From positions 371,814,001 through 371,878,000 of the forward strand of contig OZ024740.1 in assembly GCA_964016885.1 (NCBI GenBank): DNA of 64,000 nt. The letters are read 5' to 3'. This stretch comes from Eledone cirrhosa (Eukaryota). Under the pieces are notes generated by a model. It searched no databases. It saw only the letters and a list, made by a program, of their open reading frames with translations, and was not told where the DNA came from. Made by a program: the position numbers and the translations under genes. Below are positions 1 through 13,969 of the stretch, piece after piece (the first letter of the stretch is position 1; every line of letters starts with the position of its first letter).

Positions 1-4
1 TTAC

Positions 5-59
<55 letters not shown>

Positions 60-75
60 GTTGTTGTTGTTATTG
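1..75. repeat. (TTA)n/(TTG)n microsatellite
   Basis: Directly visible trinucleotide run at the window start. Confidence 0.95.
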
Positions 76-717
76 GCTTTGTTTTTATATTATATTACGT
101 TGCTTTTTGCTGTTATTATTGGTGGTGGTGGTTTTGTTATTTTTTACGATTGGATTATTTTTGCAACCAAGGTGACATTATCCTTTCGATGTTACGTGCC
201 TATTCAGTATTTAATAAATGAGAGCAAACGCGTAGCCTTTCCGCTTGACAGCAATGTAATCAATCGCTCATAATTTAATATTAGAATTGAATTTCCCCCA
301 CTACCTTATGCAACTTCTCTCCCCTTACAAAAATGTCCTTGTCATTCATTTTGGGCTGACTGAATTCTCATTAACCATGTTAATATTTTTCTGTGCAGCA
401 TCTCGAGATTTTTCTCCTTTCCAATTGCAAATAAAACAAAAAAAAAAAATCATCGTTTTGCTTCTATCTATATTTTTATCATTTCTTTATTGTCGATAAG
501 ATGTAGAACTGCTCAGTTTTACAAGTTATTATTTATCATTTATTTTATTTATTGTTTTATTTTCCCCAGTATTTTTTACAAGTGGAAAAAGTGTTTACCA
601 GAGTTTACACCTCTGAATATTCTTGTTTTTCCCATTTTTTTATTTTCATATCAAACTGATATAGGATCACACTAACAAGAAAAGCGAAGTACATACACCA
701 CCACCCCATATAGACAT

Positions 718-886
<169 letters not shown>

Positions 887-1842
887 CTCAATGAAAAATT
901 TAGCTGTATTGATAAACTTAATGCAAGGAAAGAGCATCAGGTTATCAATAATAGATTAACACCATTATCTAATCAGTTCTGTTTAATCGCAATTATTGAT
1001 TTAATATAACCCTAAGCAGAATTCAAGTATTTTCATTAAATTAAATCACAACGGATGTAAGATCTGAATCAAACGTAAAATTTTTCTTCATGCATTAACA
1101 CATAACCCAAAATGAAAGTGATTAGATGAGTCCTTAAGGGAATTTAAATCGGTTATGTTAAAAATCAGCCTATTCATAGGAAGACAGCTTTAATCTGTTT
1201 TGGTATTGTGAAGTAATCGCAGCCGTATGGATTGCATGAAAAGGTTTGTTCTTCCGAACGACTGACAGGAATCGGTCACATTCCCTCTTTTTATGGATAT
1301 GAGCATAAACAGTAGTAAAATATTTTTATATCAAGTAAGTAACTGTCTTGGTACAGAAAAATGTTCCCCTCTTTTAAGAATCTCCCGTAGATCGATGAAG
1401 AATCACTACTGTTGAAAACGCAGCAGCCATCAAAGTCCGTTGGGAACCAGAAGCAATGTTAGAATAAAATAGCAAGGTGGTTAGAAAGAAGTGCTAGAAT
1501 TACTATGACTTAAGTTTGATGATAAATGACTGTTCCTGTACTACAGGAAGGCTTGAACTTAACGCTGTATCCTAACGTAACACCGATTGTATTTTACAGT
1601 GATTCAACACGTTTTAACAGTCGATTTGAAAAGTTACTTACAGATTAAAGTGTCATGGTACTGTAGTGCAGTTGACAGAGTACAATTTGTTAAGCTCATC
1701 ACTTGGTCCACCCCCTAACTGCTTTCTTAAACAAAAGAAAATGACAAAGAAATGATTTACTTTCTTTAAAATCGTTCATCTTTTCAATACCCAATATGAT
1801 TTTTTATTTGTTTTAATAAAAATGTTTAGAAGGATGTCTGGA

Positions 1843-1975
1843 AACTAAGGTGTTTGGAATATGGTCATAAGATTTTAAGGTCGTAGGTTTGATTCCGAAA
1901 CCAGGAAGTGCGTTGCGTTCTTCAGCAAGGCACTTCATTTCCCGTTGCTTGAGTTCACTGAGCTGAAGTAATTGT
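1843..1975 (+). mobile_element. Decayed tRNA-derived SINE (family 2), 5' part
   Basis: B-box-like GGTTTGATTCC followed by TTCAGCAAGGCACTTCATTTCCCGTTGCT; same family as the minus-strand copy at 20325-20590. Confidence 0.6.
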
Positions 1976-2004
1976 GTATATACATCCCCTATATATATAT
2001 GGGG

Positions 2005-2247
<243 letters not shown>

Positions 2248-3934
2248 CTGTTTGCGAAATCAATAGCTCCAGATAGATAATTTTTATTCTTAGTTCTAAC
2301 TCTTGATTACAAGTATCAGTTTCACAGAGATCTTCTTCATTCGACCCATGGCGTCGATATAATAAATACCAGTAATATGCCGGTGGAGTTGATATAATCA
2401 TATCTACATATTTCCCATAGGTAAACTGTCCTTGCAGCTACTAAAAATAAATCAATATTTACATCTCACAAAATAATCCACTTGACTAACATTGAAACGT
2501 TCATCAAACGCTTTGCATTGCGAAATTTAAAAAAAAATTGCTCTAACGTTTTATCGCTTGAAAGCCACATCGTGTTTAAAATACTTCAGCGAGAGAATAT
2601 TTAAACCATTTATAAGTCCATTTAATAGCGTCTATTTAGCTATCAAAAGGTAAACAATTTTATTTTCAAGTTACAACACTAAATGTACTCAGGTGTTAGA
2701 TAATGTTATTAAGAAGACCAGTGTATATGTAGCCTTCGGGTAAACATTTATTGCTACTTAAATGGAAAGCTCCTTTAGATTTGAAAGTGTTCATTATGAT
2801 AAAATTGCAAGCACTGGGAATCTATGGTAACTTTTTCCTTGCTAAGCACTACAGTTAGTAAAATAGAAAGCATCTGATAAGATTTTTTGTAATATACTTT
2901 TTTCGTTTCGAAATGTTTAGTTTGATTTCGAAGATGTTTCTATACTTCACGCCAAATTTCCAATTCTTTCTCTGGTTATACTATATGGAGTGTATATTGT
3001 TGTTGAGATAAATGAAAAGAAAGAAAAAAGAAGAGATAGAGAGAAACAAGAAAAGAAAGGAAAAGTAACAGAGAGAGAGAGTGAGAGAGAGAGAAAACAA
3101 CACTCAAATACACACAACCACATACACACATACACGCGCGCCAAAACATCTCATTGGATATAAACATTTCGAAAACATTTATTTGTAAGATATCGTGTAC
3201 TTGTCTTAATGTTTGTATATTGTGTTCCCATCAAAACAACACGATTGCTTTTTTCTAACATAGGTGACCGATGTTCAATAAAAGCGACTTCATTGATAGA
3301 AAGAGGCTACTAAAGCGGGATGTATATTGAAAGAGGAGGTTTTGATGGAACCTCGTCTACTTATATATATATAAGGCCAAATAAAAAGTAACTAAACAAC
3401 TAAAGAAATAGACCATTCAAAATGATAACATTTCATGAAAAGGTACAGCTTATGCATACATTTTTCTTTCAATAATCTCACTTTTGAATTCCTATTGGAA
3501 ATCAGTTGAGATTTTTAAACATAGTGTCAGTCTAGTAGATAAATAGAATTGTAGACAGTAGTTTAATAGTAGTAATGGCAGTAATAGTAGGAAATATTAG
3601 AAAAAATTAAACGTTGAATGTAGAGGACATGATTATCACCCCTCTTCAAATACCACAATGCAAATACTGTGTATGATTGTATAATACTTGTGATATCTAC
3701 TTGTGTTCACATGTAGATATCACTGGATGATATATTTTATTGGAACCTGGGGCATGTTTCCGACAGTTCATCCAAGTCAATGAAGAGTAAGCAGGCTACG
3801 GCATTTTCTCTAAATAGAATATCGAAACTACAGCAGCAGATTTAAACTCATAAGCATTTAGTTAAATTTATTTTATATTCGACCATTTCAACTCTAATAA
3901 AACAGAAACAACAGAAATAGCAGCAGTACTACTA

Positions 3935-4346
3935 TTAATTGTTTCTACTATTGGCACAAGGCCAGCAATTACCCAGTACATTACTGGTACTTTATTTTAT
4001 CGACCCCGTAAGGATGAAAGGCAAAGTTAACCTCGGCGGGATTTGAACTCAGAATGGCAAGGGCCGTAACTCTATGCGTCAAATATGGCGTCCGACCCTC
4101 TACCGATACTGCCAATCCACTGCTATAATGGTTTCTTATATAGACATAAGGCCAGCAATTTTGGGTGAGGGGAAAGTCGATTAAATCGACCCCAGTGTGT
4201 GACTGGTAATTTATTGTATCGACTCCGTAACGATGAAAGGCACAGTTAACCTCGGCGGGATTTGAACTCAGATCATAAAGGGCCATAACTCTATGCTGCA
4301 AAGCATGGCGTCCGACTCTCTACCGATACTGCCAATCCACCGCCCT
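3935..4346 (-). mobile_element. Two tandem copies of tRNA-derived SINE family 1 (3935-4120 and 4128-4346)
   Basis: Minus strand reads TGGATTGGCAGTATCGGTAGAG (A-box region), GAGTTCAAATCCCGCCGAGG (B box), then TTTGCCTTTCATCCTTACGGGGTCGATAAAATAAAGTACCAG; about ten homologues in the window. Confidence 0.9.
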
Positions 4347-4403
4347 AGTACTACTTCTAATAATAAGTCCCTGAAGAGTCTATGTCTTTCAACATTGTCG
4401 TGC

Positions 4404-4404
<1 letters not shown>

Positions 4405-4447
<43 letters not shown>

Positions 4448-4492
4448 CCACCATCATCATCGTCATCATCATCATCATTATCACCACCATAA
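4405..4492. repeat. (CAT)n microsatellite
   Basis: Directly visible; source of the poly-His ORF. Confidence 0.95.
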
Positions 4493-5071
4493 TTATTTCT
4501 AACACTGATACAAGGTCACATATTTTTGGAAAGGGATATAGTCGATGAATGATCCCCGACTAAAATTGGTGTCAGAAGAAAATGGTGGAAGTTATTTTTT
4601 GGCTTTCTCTCATTTTCGCCATCCGCAACCCTAGATATAATAACATCAATGACAAAAGCGCTTTCATAAAGACCTCAAAACATAAAATACAAAGTGTGTT
4701 ATACAAAAGTGGTTGCAAAATGGATGTGGATGTACATATATAATAAACAGAGAGGAAGGAAAACATTATATATTAAGAGGAATTAACAATTTATTACACA
4801 AATCAAATACAAATAAATTCAAGTAAGGGAACCCAAATACACAGTAGGGAGGAGCTTCCACCTAAATTCGATGAAGACATACCGTACTTCTCAACACCTT
4901 CCACTTTGATTAGCGTCTGCAAACTAGGTTATCAGAAACTACTACTGAGCAGTTTCCACGTCTGTAAAGAGCCCCACATACTTTGGGCTTGCTATCATTC
5001 ATTGTCGATAGACCCCTGTCAATCTATAATTTAGGGTCATCATGTAAAATGATCCTGTTTGTTTATGTTAC

Positions 5072-5249
5072 CAGACCTGCCAACCTCTGAAAATCCAAAC
5101 GGGAAAAAAAAGTGGCCCTAAACGTGGAGAAATGAGGCAAAATGGGAAGAATTTACATAATGAAAGCTGTACACAAGAGAAGACTTCTCCCACCCAACCC
5201 AAAAGCTATTGAAAATCTCCCCGTACGACGGGGAGAATTGACGGGTCTG
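5072..5249. mobile_element. Possible decayed hAT-type MITE
   Basis: Termini CAGACCTGCCAAC and ATTGACGGGTCTG form an imperfect 13-bp inverted repeat starting with CAG; no target-site duplication found. Confidence 0.35.
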
Positions 5250-5384
5250 ACATATATACACATGATCTTCGAAAATGAGGGTTTTGCAATCTGTCACGGT
5301 GAAAGTTTTGCGGATCCTCTTCACAGATGAAATAGTCATTTATCCCAAATATAACCAGTTGCTCTTATCCATCTCACTAAAGAA

Positions 5385-5600
5385 ATAATGGTTCTAATTT
5401 CAGTACAAGGCCAGGAATACTGTAGGGAGGGAAATGGTAATTATATCCAAGCTAGTTTTAGACCGGTACTTTATTTCATCAACCTTGGAATGGGAATAGA
5501 TAAAGGTGACTTTGGTTGAATTTGAACTCAGAATGTAAAGAACCATAACTAAATGCTGCAAAACATTTTGAAGTATGATACAAACTTCCTCAGTTAATCT
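5385..5600 (-). mobile_element. Decayed SINE family 1 copy
   Basis: GGTACTTTATTTCATCAACC and AATTTGAACTCAGAATGTAAAG resemble the copies at 3935-4346. Confidence 0.65.
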
Positions 5601-8600
5601 GACAACATCAATAAATAATAAAACACATATGTACATATATGCATACATACACAAATTTCTATTGCAACAATATCAAAGGCAATATTCATTGTGATAGCAA
5701 CAAACAGCGAATGATGTTTTACTCCTCTTAGAATTGAGATCAAGCATTAAATGTTCTCGTATTCTCATTTGTGACTGAACTTCTAATACATAAATGAACA
5801 CTTGCATACTTATATGTTCAACAAACAGTGTTTTTATACATCTCTGTGAAAGTGGATGTATATTTTAGACCCATTATCACAAATTAGACTTGGAGATAAT
5901 TTCAGGATTTCTAAGAAAATGTGTCGATTCATTTGCAAATTTCGTTTAAATGCAATAGATATTTTCTTCAAAGTTCCATTCCTCATTCATTAGCGTTTGG
6001 CACCCACTACCATGAAAAAATAATATCAAAATATATGTAAGTTAGGAGAACCTTTGAAGTCTTTTGAAGTTGTAAATTATTCCCAATAGGCCAATGTTTG
6101 ATTGAAGATTATTTCTAAAATAAATCTTTTTAAAAATGTGGAAAAATAACTAGTAAGAAGTTAGAAGAGCAATAATATGAGATAAGGGAATAGGTGGAAA
6201 ATAAAATTACAAAAATACCATAACGCTAATGTTATTGTAGAATTATGAAAATATTTAAGTTCTGAGGAAAATCTGTCACATCTTACTACATTGACTAGTA
6301 TCTCAGACTCTTTAAATAAACATTAATAAAAATTCAGGCTTTCAGTTGAAGCGTGTTTGTGCTTGGATAGTATAGAAATTAAAAAGATAAGTAAATTGTA
6401 CATTTTTGAAAAACTACAAATTAAAGAGATAGAAAGTTAAATTTCAAAGAAACAAAAGTGTTTAATTGTTATTTTGTCTTTCAGCGTTTCAGTTTTGCGG
6501 TGAATAGCCTGGTAGAAGTGATTAATTGTTTGATATTATCGCAGAAATAGTGTTTCAATTATAAAACAAAAAAAAAAAAAAGAAAAGAAATCATGAGAGA
6601 GATGCTATTCCTACATTGTTATATGTATGTGCGATTAGTGTAATTGCTAATGAAATCTTATACTCTATGTTTCTGTTTTTTGTTTTTGCATTCCGAGCCG
6701 TTCCAATTGTTCTTTTTGTGCTGTAGAATCAAAGGTTGTGTAGAAGCTAAAGTTCTGAGTTGTCGATTCCATACTTTGGTTTCGATCCTCACTTGCAACT
6801 ATTTTATTTCACTTATATTGTTAATGCAATTCAGATGTAAATGTCGTCACACATTTTAACTTAGAAGATTCAGGCCTTGAATAGTATGGACCCTACTAAA
6901 TCCACTGACACTTATTACACTAAATGAATATTACATTTTCCATTTCTCACACATCTGAAGTCAATTGGGAGCATCATTCATTATCGGGTTCATATGACGA
7001 GGAAGAATATTCAAGAACATGTCTCTATTTATGAAACATAAACCGCAATAGTTTTATATGAGAAGATTTGGCAAAATGCATGGTTATTTGTATTAGGTAT
7101 ATTAATATATTTAGTTTCATGCCACATATTTGGGTCTGTAAGAGAAAAGCAAAGCGTCAATTAAATTATGGAACATGATTTGCAGACGCTTCGCAGTATC
7201 AACAATATCGGAAATTTTCAAATATACTGTTTGTTTAGTTGTAGATGATTCTTATTGTACGATTTTCAGGCATAACGAAGAAATAATTCTTCTTATAGAT
7301 GTTTTGTCAGCACGGATATGTTGTAAAACACGATATTAGTAGACGCCTTTGTTTTTGGATATGGAGGTCACTTCTTTTAATTAACCACATTACTGCTTTG
7401 CTAATACAAAAGACATGGAGTTGATTCGAGAACGTCAAACTGACAGAGTCATTTAGTTGTTAAATGCACAGTTTCGTGAGTGAAATCCATGAAACAAGAA
7501 AACAAAATCATAAAATACATCTTGTATACTGAATTTGATTTGTGGTTTGATGTAATTTTTGTCTTTAAGATATTTCTTTGAAGAGTCTCATAGGGTCACT
7601 GTTTATCTCTCTATATGTCTCCTTCTATTAAGTAAAATGTCATTCATCTGTCCATTAAAAAATATCATACTGGCAACTAAAAAATAACATTTATACATTC
7701 TCTGATAATGATGTGTCTGTTGCGGATTCTATCATCCTGTAAATGTTATTTAACGAAGAGTAAATAATATATCAAGAGTGAATAATATACACATAGACAC
7801 ATGTTATAAAATAATAAAGTATTAATAAGAAGTCGAAATGATATTTTGTAGGCGACGATTCATTTGCCTAGTGACTCTTTTAGTTGATGTTTTACTTAAG
7901 GGTTAATAATATAACTGTAGACACATCTTTGTTCAATCTGAAGAAAGGAAATTATATAAATTATATAAGAATGTAAAACTGTTAAATACATGAAATTATT
8001 AGGAGAAAAAGAGAAAATTATATGATGTTCCAATTACTTTTCATTGAGTTAACTCGTAGCCAACAAGACACTTCATGAATACGTTAGACATATTTATTTC
8101 ACAGACATTTTAATTAAAGGCTTTGCAGAAATAATATCTCAAGTCAGGTCAGAATAGCAATTGAACATAAGACGTTTGTCTGGGATTATCACAGCTTTTT
8201 ATTAATAAAAAGTTGTCAAACGTCAGCATTTTTAGGTAAATTATAAAAATATTTTCCAGCAAATAGAATGTAGTATCATTGAATGAAAAATGCTGAAGCT
8301 AAAGAAATTCACTACATACATATTCTGCAAGGATTTGTACTCAACCCAATCATCTATATAAATATTGTAAAGAGCCAGACTACAATTAGATTATAGTCAC
8401 TGGTTAAGATAAAGCTGTTTAACTTAGTAGGGATTTCGACAGGAAGATAATATATATTAAACCTGTTTCTCCCATCATAAAATAGGAGCTGGATATCGAA
8501 AATATTAGAAACACCCAATGCAAAAGAAATTAAAATCAATTTCATGAAAATAAATATTCTATGAAAATAAATATTTTCGGTTGCGATGAAGTAATCTTTC

Positions 8601-9819
8601 ATTTTTCCGAATTTATGGCACCACTTTTCCATCATGGAAAAACCATAGAGACACAGAATGAATTGAGACTCTATAATTATACAATGCGCAAACAATCTAA
8701 GACTGCAATAATTTTAAAGAATTATATCACCAGTTGCTGCAATGGAGAATGGAATATTTCCTAATGTTCATAAGATAGAAAATATATTCAAATGTTGCAC
8801 AAATATATTTAAAGTCTCATCCGACAATAGAATTCCATAGCAAGCGTACTAGAAATATTTTACCTCAATTGACCCAATTCTATTCAACAATAATTGTAAA
8901 AATCTATTAAAATCTATTAAAATATCTAAACAGACCAGAGTATACTTTGCCGTAACAGGTAAAAACCTTCCGGACAAATTGTGTGTAGAGTGATAGATTT
9001 GTTCAAATAATGTTCTGTTCAAATGAGTAGGCATAATGTACTTCAAATATTGTAAACATTGACCAAGTTAAGTTAGTCTAGCCCTGGGACATTGCCAACT
9101 GAAATATGCATGTATATATGTACTATCTATTCATACACACGCACACACACACCCGTACGCACACGCACACACACACCCGCACGCACGCACACACGCACGC
9201 ACACATATATATATATATATAAGAAAACGTTCTAGTTTGCCAGAAGCATTATGTTAAGTGTAGAAAATAATATGTTTTATTAGGGCTACAGCAACGCAAA
9301 TTAGACTTTAACTGTTAAAGATAACGATACCATAGGTGCTGGAATGTTACATTGGAGTTGTTTAATAGTCAATATTTAGTGATAAAATCCCTTTGAGGAA
9401 ATTATTCAGAGCAAGGTATCATGTATTGTTCATTTGCTGCAAATTTTGAATCGGAAAGTGTTAGCATTTTTCGACGCTGAATGTTGTGAATTGATCCCGT
9501 ACTATGTATTTTAAGCTAAGTTCTGATCTACGCTATGGTTGCATCTATTTTTGGAGTGGAAAGAAGTATAGTAGTAAGTTCGTCGATGTTAGCTAAGGGG
9601 TAGTGAGTTCTAGTCCGTTGTCAAATCAATAATAGCCTAGAGCCCCAAACCCAGTGGTTAACATTATTTCAAACGAATGAAGCAGTTATATTTCTGTAGA
9701 CGTCATTTCTGTCCGAAATAAATTATATACTTTGTCTACTTAATCTATTGAGTACTTTATTTAACGATGACCTGTTTCCATTCATCTTCGGAAAACCCTT
9801 CGTTTCCATATGTCCACAT

Positions 9820-9896
<77 letters not shown>

Positions 9897-10149
9897 TGTA
9901 TGTATAGTATTTTAGGCAATATACTGTATGTTTAATTTAAAACATTTTGAAGACCATTCGTTATGAGTTTTAAAGTAATGACTAAGTCATTTACTTATTC
10001 TCGGCAAAAACAAGGAGAGTGATCGACAGTCTGTTTCTCGCTTGTTAGCGCTTATCAAAACCGTAACTCTTTTGCCTCCACCGAGAATTATAGAAGCTGG
10101 ATTCTTATATAATTCCAGTAATATTTAAGAGCTGGTTAAACAGAGCGAT

Positions 10150-10267
<118 letters not shown>

Positions 10268-10339
10268 ATATATATGTATATATATATATATATATGTATA
10301 TATATGTATATATATGTATATATATATATATATATATAT

Positions 10340-10499
10340 GTATCGGATAGTACCAGAGTACTCGATACTTGGAGTAGTAGAGTGGGTAATATGAAAAAGA
10401 ATCAGGACCCCAACGGCTGAGCTCCGGCCGTTTCGACAGTGGTTCTAGCTGTCGAAACGGCCGGAGCTCAGCCGTTGGGGTCCTGATTCTTTTTCATTA
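10340..10499 (-). mobile_element. Fold-back fragment of a hammerhead-bearing Penelope-like element (about 50-bp near-perfect inverted repeat at 10391-10497)
   Basis: ATGAAAAAGAATCAGGACCCCAACGGCTGAGCTCCGGCCGTTTCGACAG, 9-nt loop, then its reverse complement; each arm carries the 3' half of a hammerhead (GAAA-CGGC-loop-GCCG-TT); the minus strand runs into (TA)n. Confidence 0.6.
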
Positions 10500-10502
10500 T
10501 AT

Positions 10503-10686
10503 TGGATTGGCAGTATCGGTAAAGGGTCGGACGTCATGCTTTGACGCATAGAGTTACGACCCTTGCCATTCTGAGTTCAAATCCCGCCGAGGTAAACTTT
10601 GCCTTTCATCCGTACGGGGTCGATAAAATAAAGTGCCAGTAATGCACTGGTTAATTGCTGGGTTTGTGCCAAAAGTAGGAACAATT
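10503..10686 (+). mobile_element. SINE family 1 copy
   Basis: TGGATTGGCAGTATCGGTAAAGGGTCGGACG followed by GAGTTCAAATCCCGCCGAGG. Confidence 0.9.
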
Positions 10687-10728
10687 ATATATATACACAC
10701 ACACACACCTACAGATACATAAAGGCAA

Positions 10729-10828
<100 letters not shown>

Positions 10829-11208
10829 TATAGGGAGATGCGTAAACATTTGCTTATTTGAATCATTCTGAAAAAGACTGTTAAAAGCGTTATCTAACTA
10901 ATTGAGATTAATAGAAAGCCCACAAATTCTTTCTGCATTTAACCTGAAATACCTAGGTGTTAATTTAGATTTATGTTGTCCGAATCTCTTCAGACAGCTC
11001 TAAAATAAATTGCATAATATGTGCTATAGAAAAATACCTAAAGATGAATGAAGAAGAGATGAATATTTGATGGTTAGATGGTTAGTAAATTCATGAGAAA
11101 ATTGTGTATTCTATAAAGCACTTTCTTTAACACACATACTCACATCCACACGTATACACACACACGTATATATATATAGTTGCACACACACACAATATAT
11201 ATATATAT

Positions 11209-11280
<72 letters not shown>

Positions 11281-11456
11281 GCATACGCACAAATATGTAC
11301 GCGCACACACACGCACACACATCTATATATCCATATACATCTGTGCGTTTATGTGTGTGTGTGTGCGCGTACACTGCCCTCTTTCGCGCTATTTACTCTC
11401 GTTCTTTTAATAATTATAGATCTCTCTGTCGCTCTATGTCTATATATATAAAGGGC

Positions 11457-11505
11457 GAGAGAGAGAGAGAAAGAGAGAGAGAGGGGGAAAGCAAGAGAGA
11501 GAGAA

Positions 11506-11571
<66 letters not shown>

Positions 11572-11580
11572 TGTGTGAGA
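11457..11580. repeat. (GA)n microsatellite
   Basis: Directly visible. Confidence 0.95.
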
Positions 11581-12120
11581 AAGAAATCAGAGAAAAAATA
11601 TAGAGATTATATACATGTCCATTACATATAATGCGTAGGTATATATAAGTAAAAGAAGTATTACGTGTTTGAATAACATGCCATTGCCAAATGAAAAAAA
11701 GGAGAAGAAAATAAAGAAAATGAAAAGCTAGGACCCATTATATGAGGCTGAATATAAAAGCTAATATTTCCAGAGGAAAGAAAAAAGGAAGATTTATAGA
11801 ACGTGACTGAAATATCAGGTCATCGAACAGTTAGATCTTTTAAGGTTTACTTTAAATTAATCCAGCATCTTCGTCTTTTATATATCGGAAAAGTGTATGA
11901 GAAATAAACTTAGCCCTTAATGATAGTAAGAAGTGGACTGTGATCAATATTCTTGATCTCTGGTGCGGACTAACGTTGCTTTTATCAATATTTACGTCTA
12001 TATTTCTTGACTGGGCTTGGACAGGGAGGTCGATCGAAGGGGTGGCAGAGAAAGGATTGTTGTTTGAGGTAGGAGCGAATTATAATCGATACAGCGATAT
12101 TATATGTATATATATATATG

Positions 12121-12205
<85 letters not shown>

Positions 12206-12317
12206 GTATGTATGTGTGTATGTATGTATATATATATTAATATATATATATATCTATACATATAGTGAAATAAAAAACAAAGACGATTGGTTACTCCTTC
12301 ATTACGTTTATTGGTTG

Positions 12318-12400
12318 GTGACGCGCGTTTCGCCACTGATCAGTTCAAGGTTCGATCTGTATCGATCTGACCCGACTCTGTAATCCGCGGCTCGTCAGAC
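12318..12400 (-). ncRNA. Type-I hammerhead ribozyme motif (Penelope/retrozyme type)
   Basis: Minus strand: GT CTGACGA GCC [long stem II insert] GGC GAAA CGCGCG TC AC, followed by AATAAA and (TA)n. Palindromic stem III CGCGCG and GUC cleavage triplet; stem I is only 2 bp. Confidence 0.75.
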
Positions 12401-13174
12401 TTCTTGTAATGGTAATGGAAAAAATGAATGAATATATATATATATGTATTATGTATGTATTCGTCCGTGTCTATCTGTGCATGCATGTATGTATGTATGT
12501 ATATATATACACAAATATTTTAGTATATTTTATATATATACACAAATATTTTAGTATATTTTAGCAGAGCAATCCTTATTTATATCTTACATTTTACATT
12601 TACTTACATCTCAATATAACATGGCTAAAATTCAAATTTTGCAAAGAGAAGAAAACGGTCAAATGAACTAGATACATCTCACTGTCCCCACCACCACAAT
12701 AACGTCTACACTCTCTCCCCACCATCACATGTCATTACCATACCATACCCTATCTAGACTAAAGTCATCGACTTGTTGTCAAACTTTCTACTCTCTGTTG
12801 AATGTGTATATATATCTATATGTGTGTGTATGTATATGTGTGTATATACATCACTCAGTCAAACGACCAGATTTCAACCCCAACATCTACAACAACAACA
12901 ACACCGGCACTAATGTTTACAGCAACAACAGCTTCAGAATGAACTGAAATGAACATTTACAACAACAACAACAACAGCGGCATCAAAACATAAAAAAAGG
13001 AAGGGAAAAGAAAAGAAAAGGGAAGGAAAAAAAACAAAAAAAACCCCCTCAAAATAACAAAACACACACACACACACACGCACACAACAACAACATCAAC
13101 TGCCACCACCACCACCACCGCCACCGCCACCGCCATCACCATCACCAGCGACCGGGCCTTAAGAAAACAACTTT

Positions 13175-13332
13175 AATAATAATTTTTCTGCTTTTGGCAC
13201 GGATCCAGCGACTGTCCCAGCGCATCACTGGTACTCTCTTTTGTTGACTCCGTGGGGATGAAGGGCAAGGTTGATCTCGGCGGGATTTGAGCTCAGAGCG
13301 TGGGGAGCCATAACTCTATGCTGTAAAGCAAT
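13175..13332 (-). mobile_element. Diverged SINE family 1 copy
   Basis: GGATGAAGGGCAAGGTTGATCTCGGCGGGATTTGAGCTCAG; many A-to-G differences on the + strand relative to other copies. Confidence 0.8.
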
Positions 13333-13433
13333 TATAATAATACTGGACTGTAATACGATCGGCTTCAACTATACAAACTCTTGAAAGTCAACAGTTGACA
13401 TAATCTTGTAATCTTGTATCAGTAATGACGGTA

Positions 13434-13464
<31 letters not shown>

Positions 13465-13654
13465 TGTAAGTGAGTAGAGTAGCTTGTGTGTGTGTTTGTT
13501 TGTATGTATGTGTTGCTGTGTGCGCGCATATGTATGCGTGTGTGTGTATGTCGTACGTATAAGTGTCAATAAGTGAGTTTTTTTTTTATTTTTTTTTTAC
13601 TTTTAGTTTTTTTTTGCGCGGGGACATAGAAATAATCGGGCTGGATGCCCGATC

Positions 13655-13912
13655 GCGCAGTTAAACCACTGGGAGTGAAGAACCCCTAGCCCTTGTCAGG
13701 GCATTCTTCTAGGAGAAGGCATCTCAGGAAACTGGGTTAACTCCGATATAAAACCTGCGGCTCAGTAGTTATCGATGATGTTGATCTTTTCTTCTTTTCG
13801 GGTTATAGCTACTGTCGCTCAGAGAGAGGGATTGGCTCAGTGCACAGTCTTTCCTCACTTTAAAAATATTCGTCACGCACAGGCATTGCACGAGTGCATT
13901 AATAATCATTAA
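13655..13912 (+). mobile_element. 5'-truncated copy of a non-autonomous retroelement (family 3)
   Basis: Clearly homologous to 19940-20185 (CGCGCAGTTAAACCACTGG through CACGCACAGGCATTGCACGA), ending in a TAA-rich tail. Confidence 0.8.
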
Positions 13913-13969
13913 TAGTGTACTACTATTATTATTATTATTATTATTACTATTATTATTACTTTTTTTTTT

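Noticed and set aside
6900-9070. Non-repetitive AT-rich tract that may be a decayed DNA transposon (GIFPNVHKI resembles a hAT C-terminus) or host exons
   Set aside because: No sustained ORF or diagnostic motif series; needs a translated homology search.
10503-10600. tRNA gene calls from A/B boxes
   Set aside because: They are SINE heads continuing into a shared body, with no cloverleaf.
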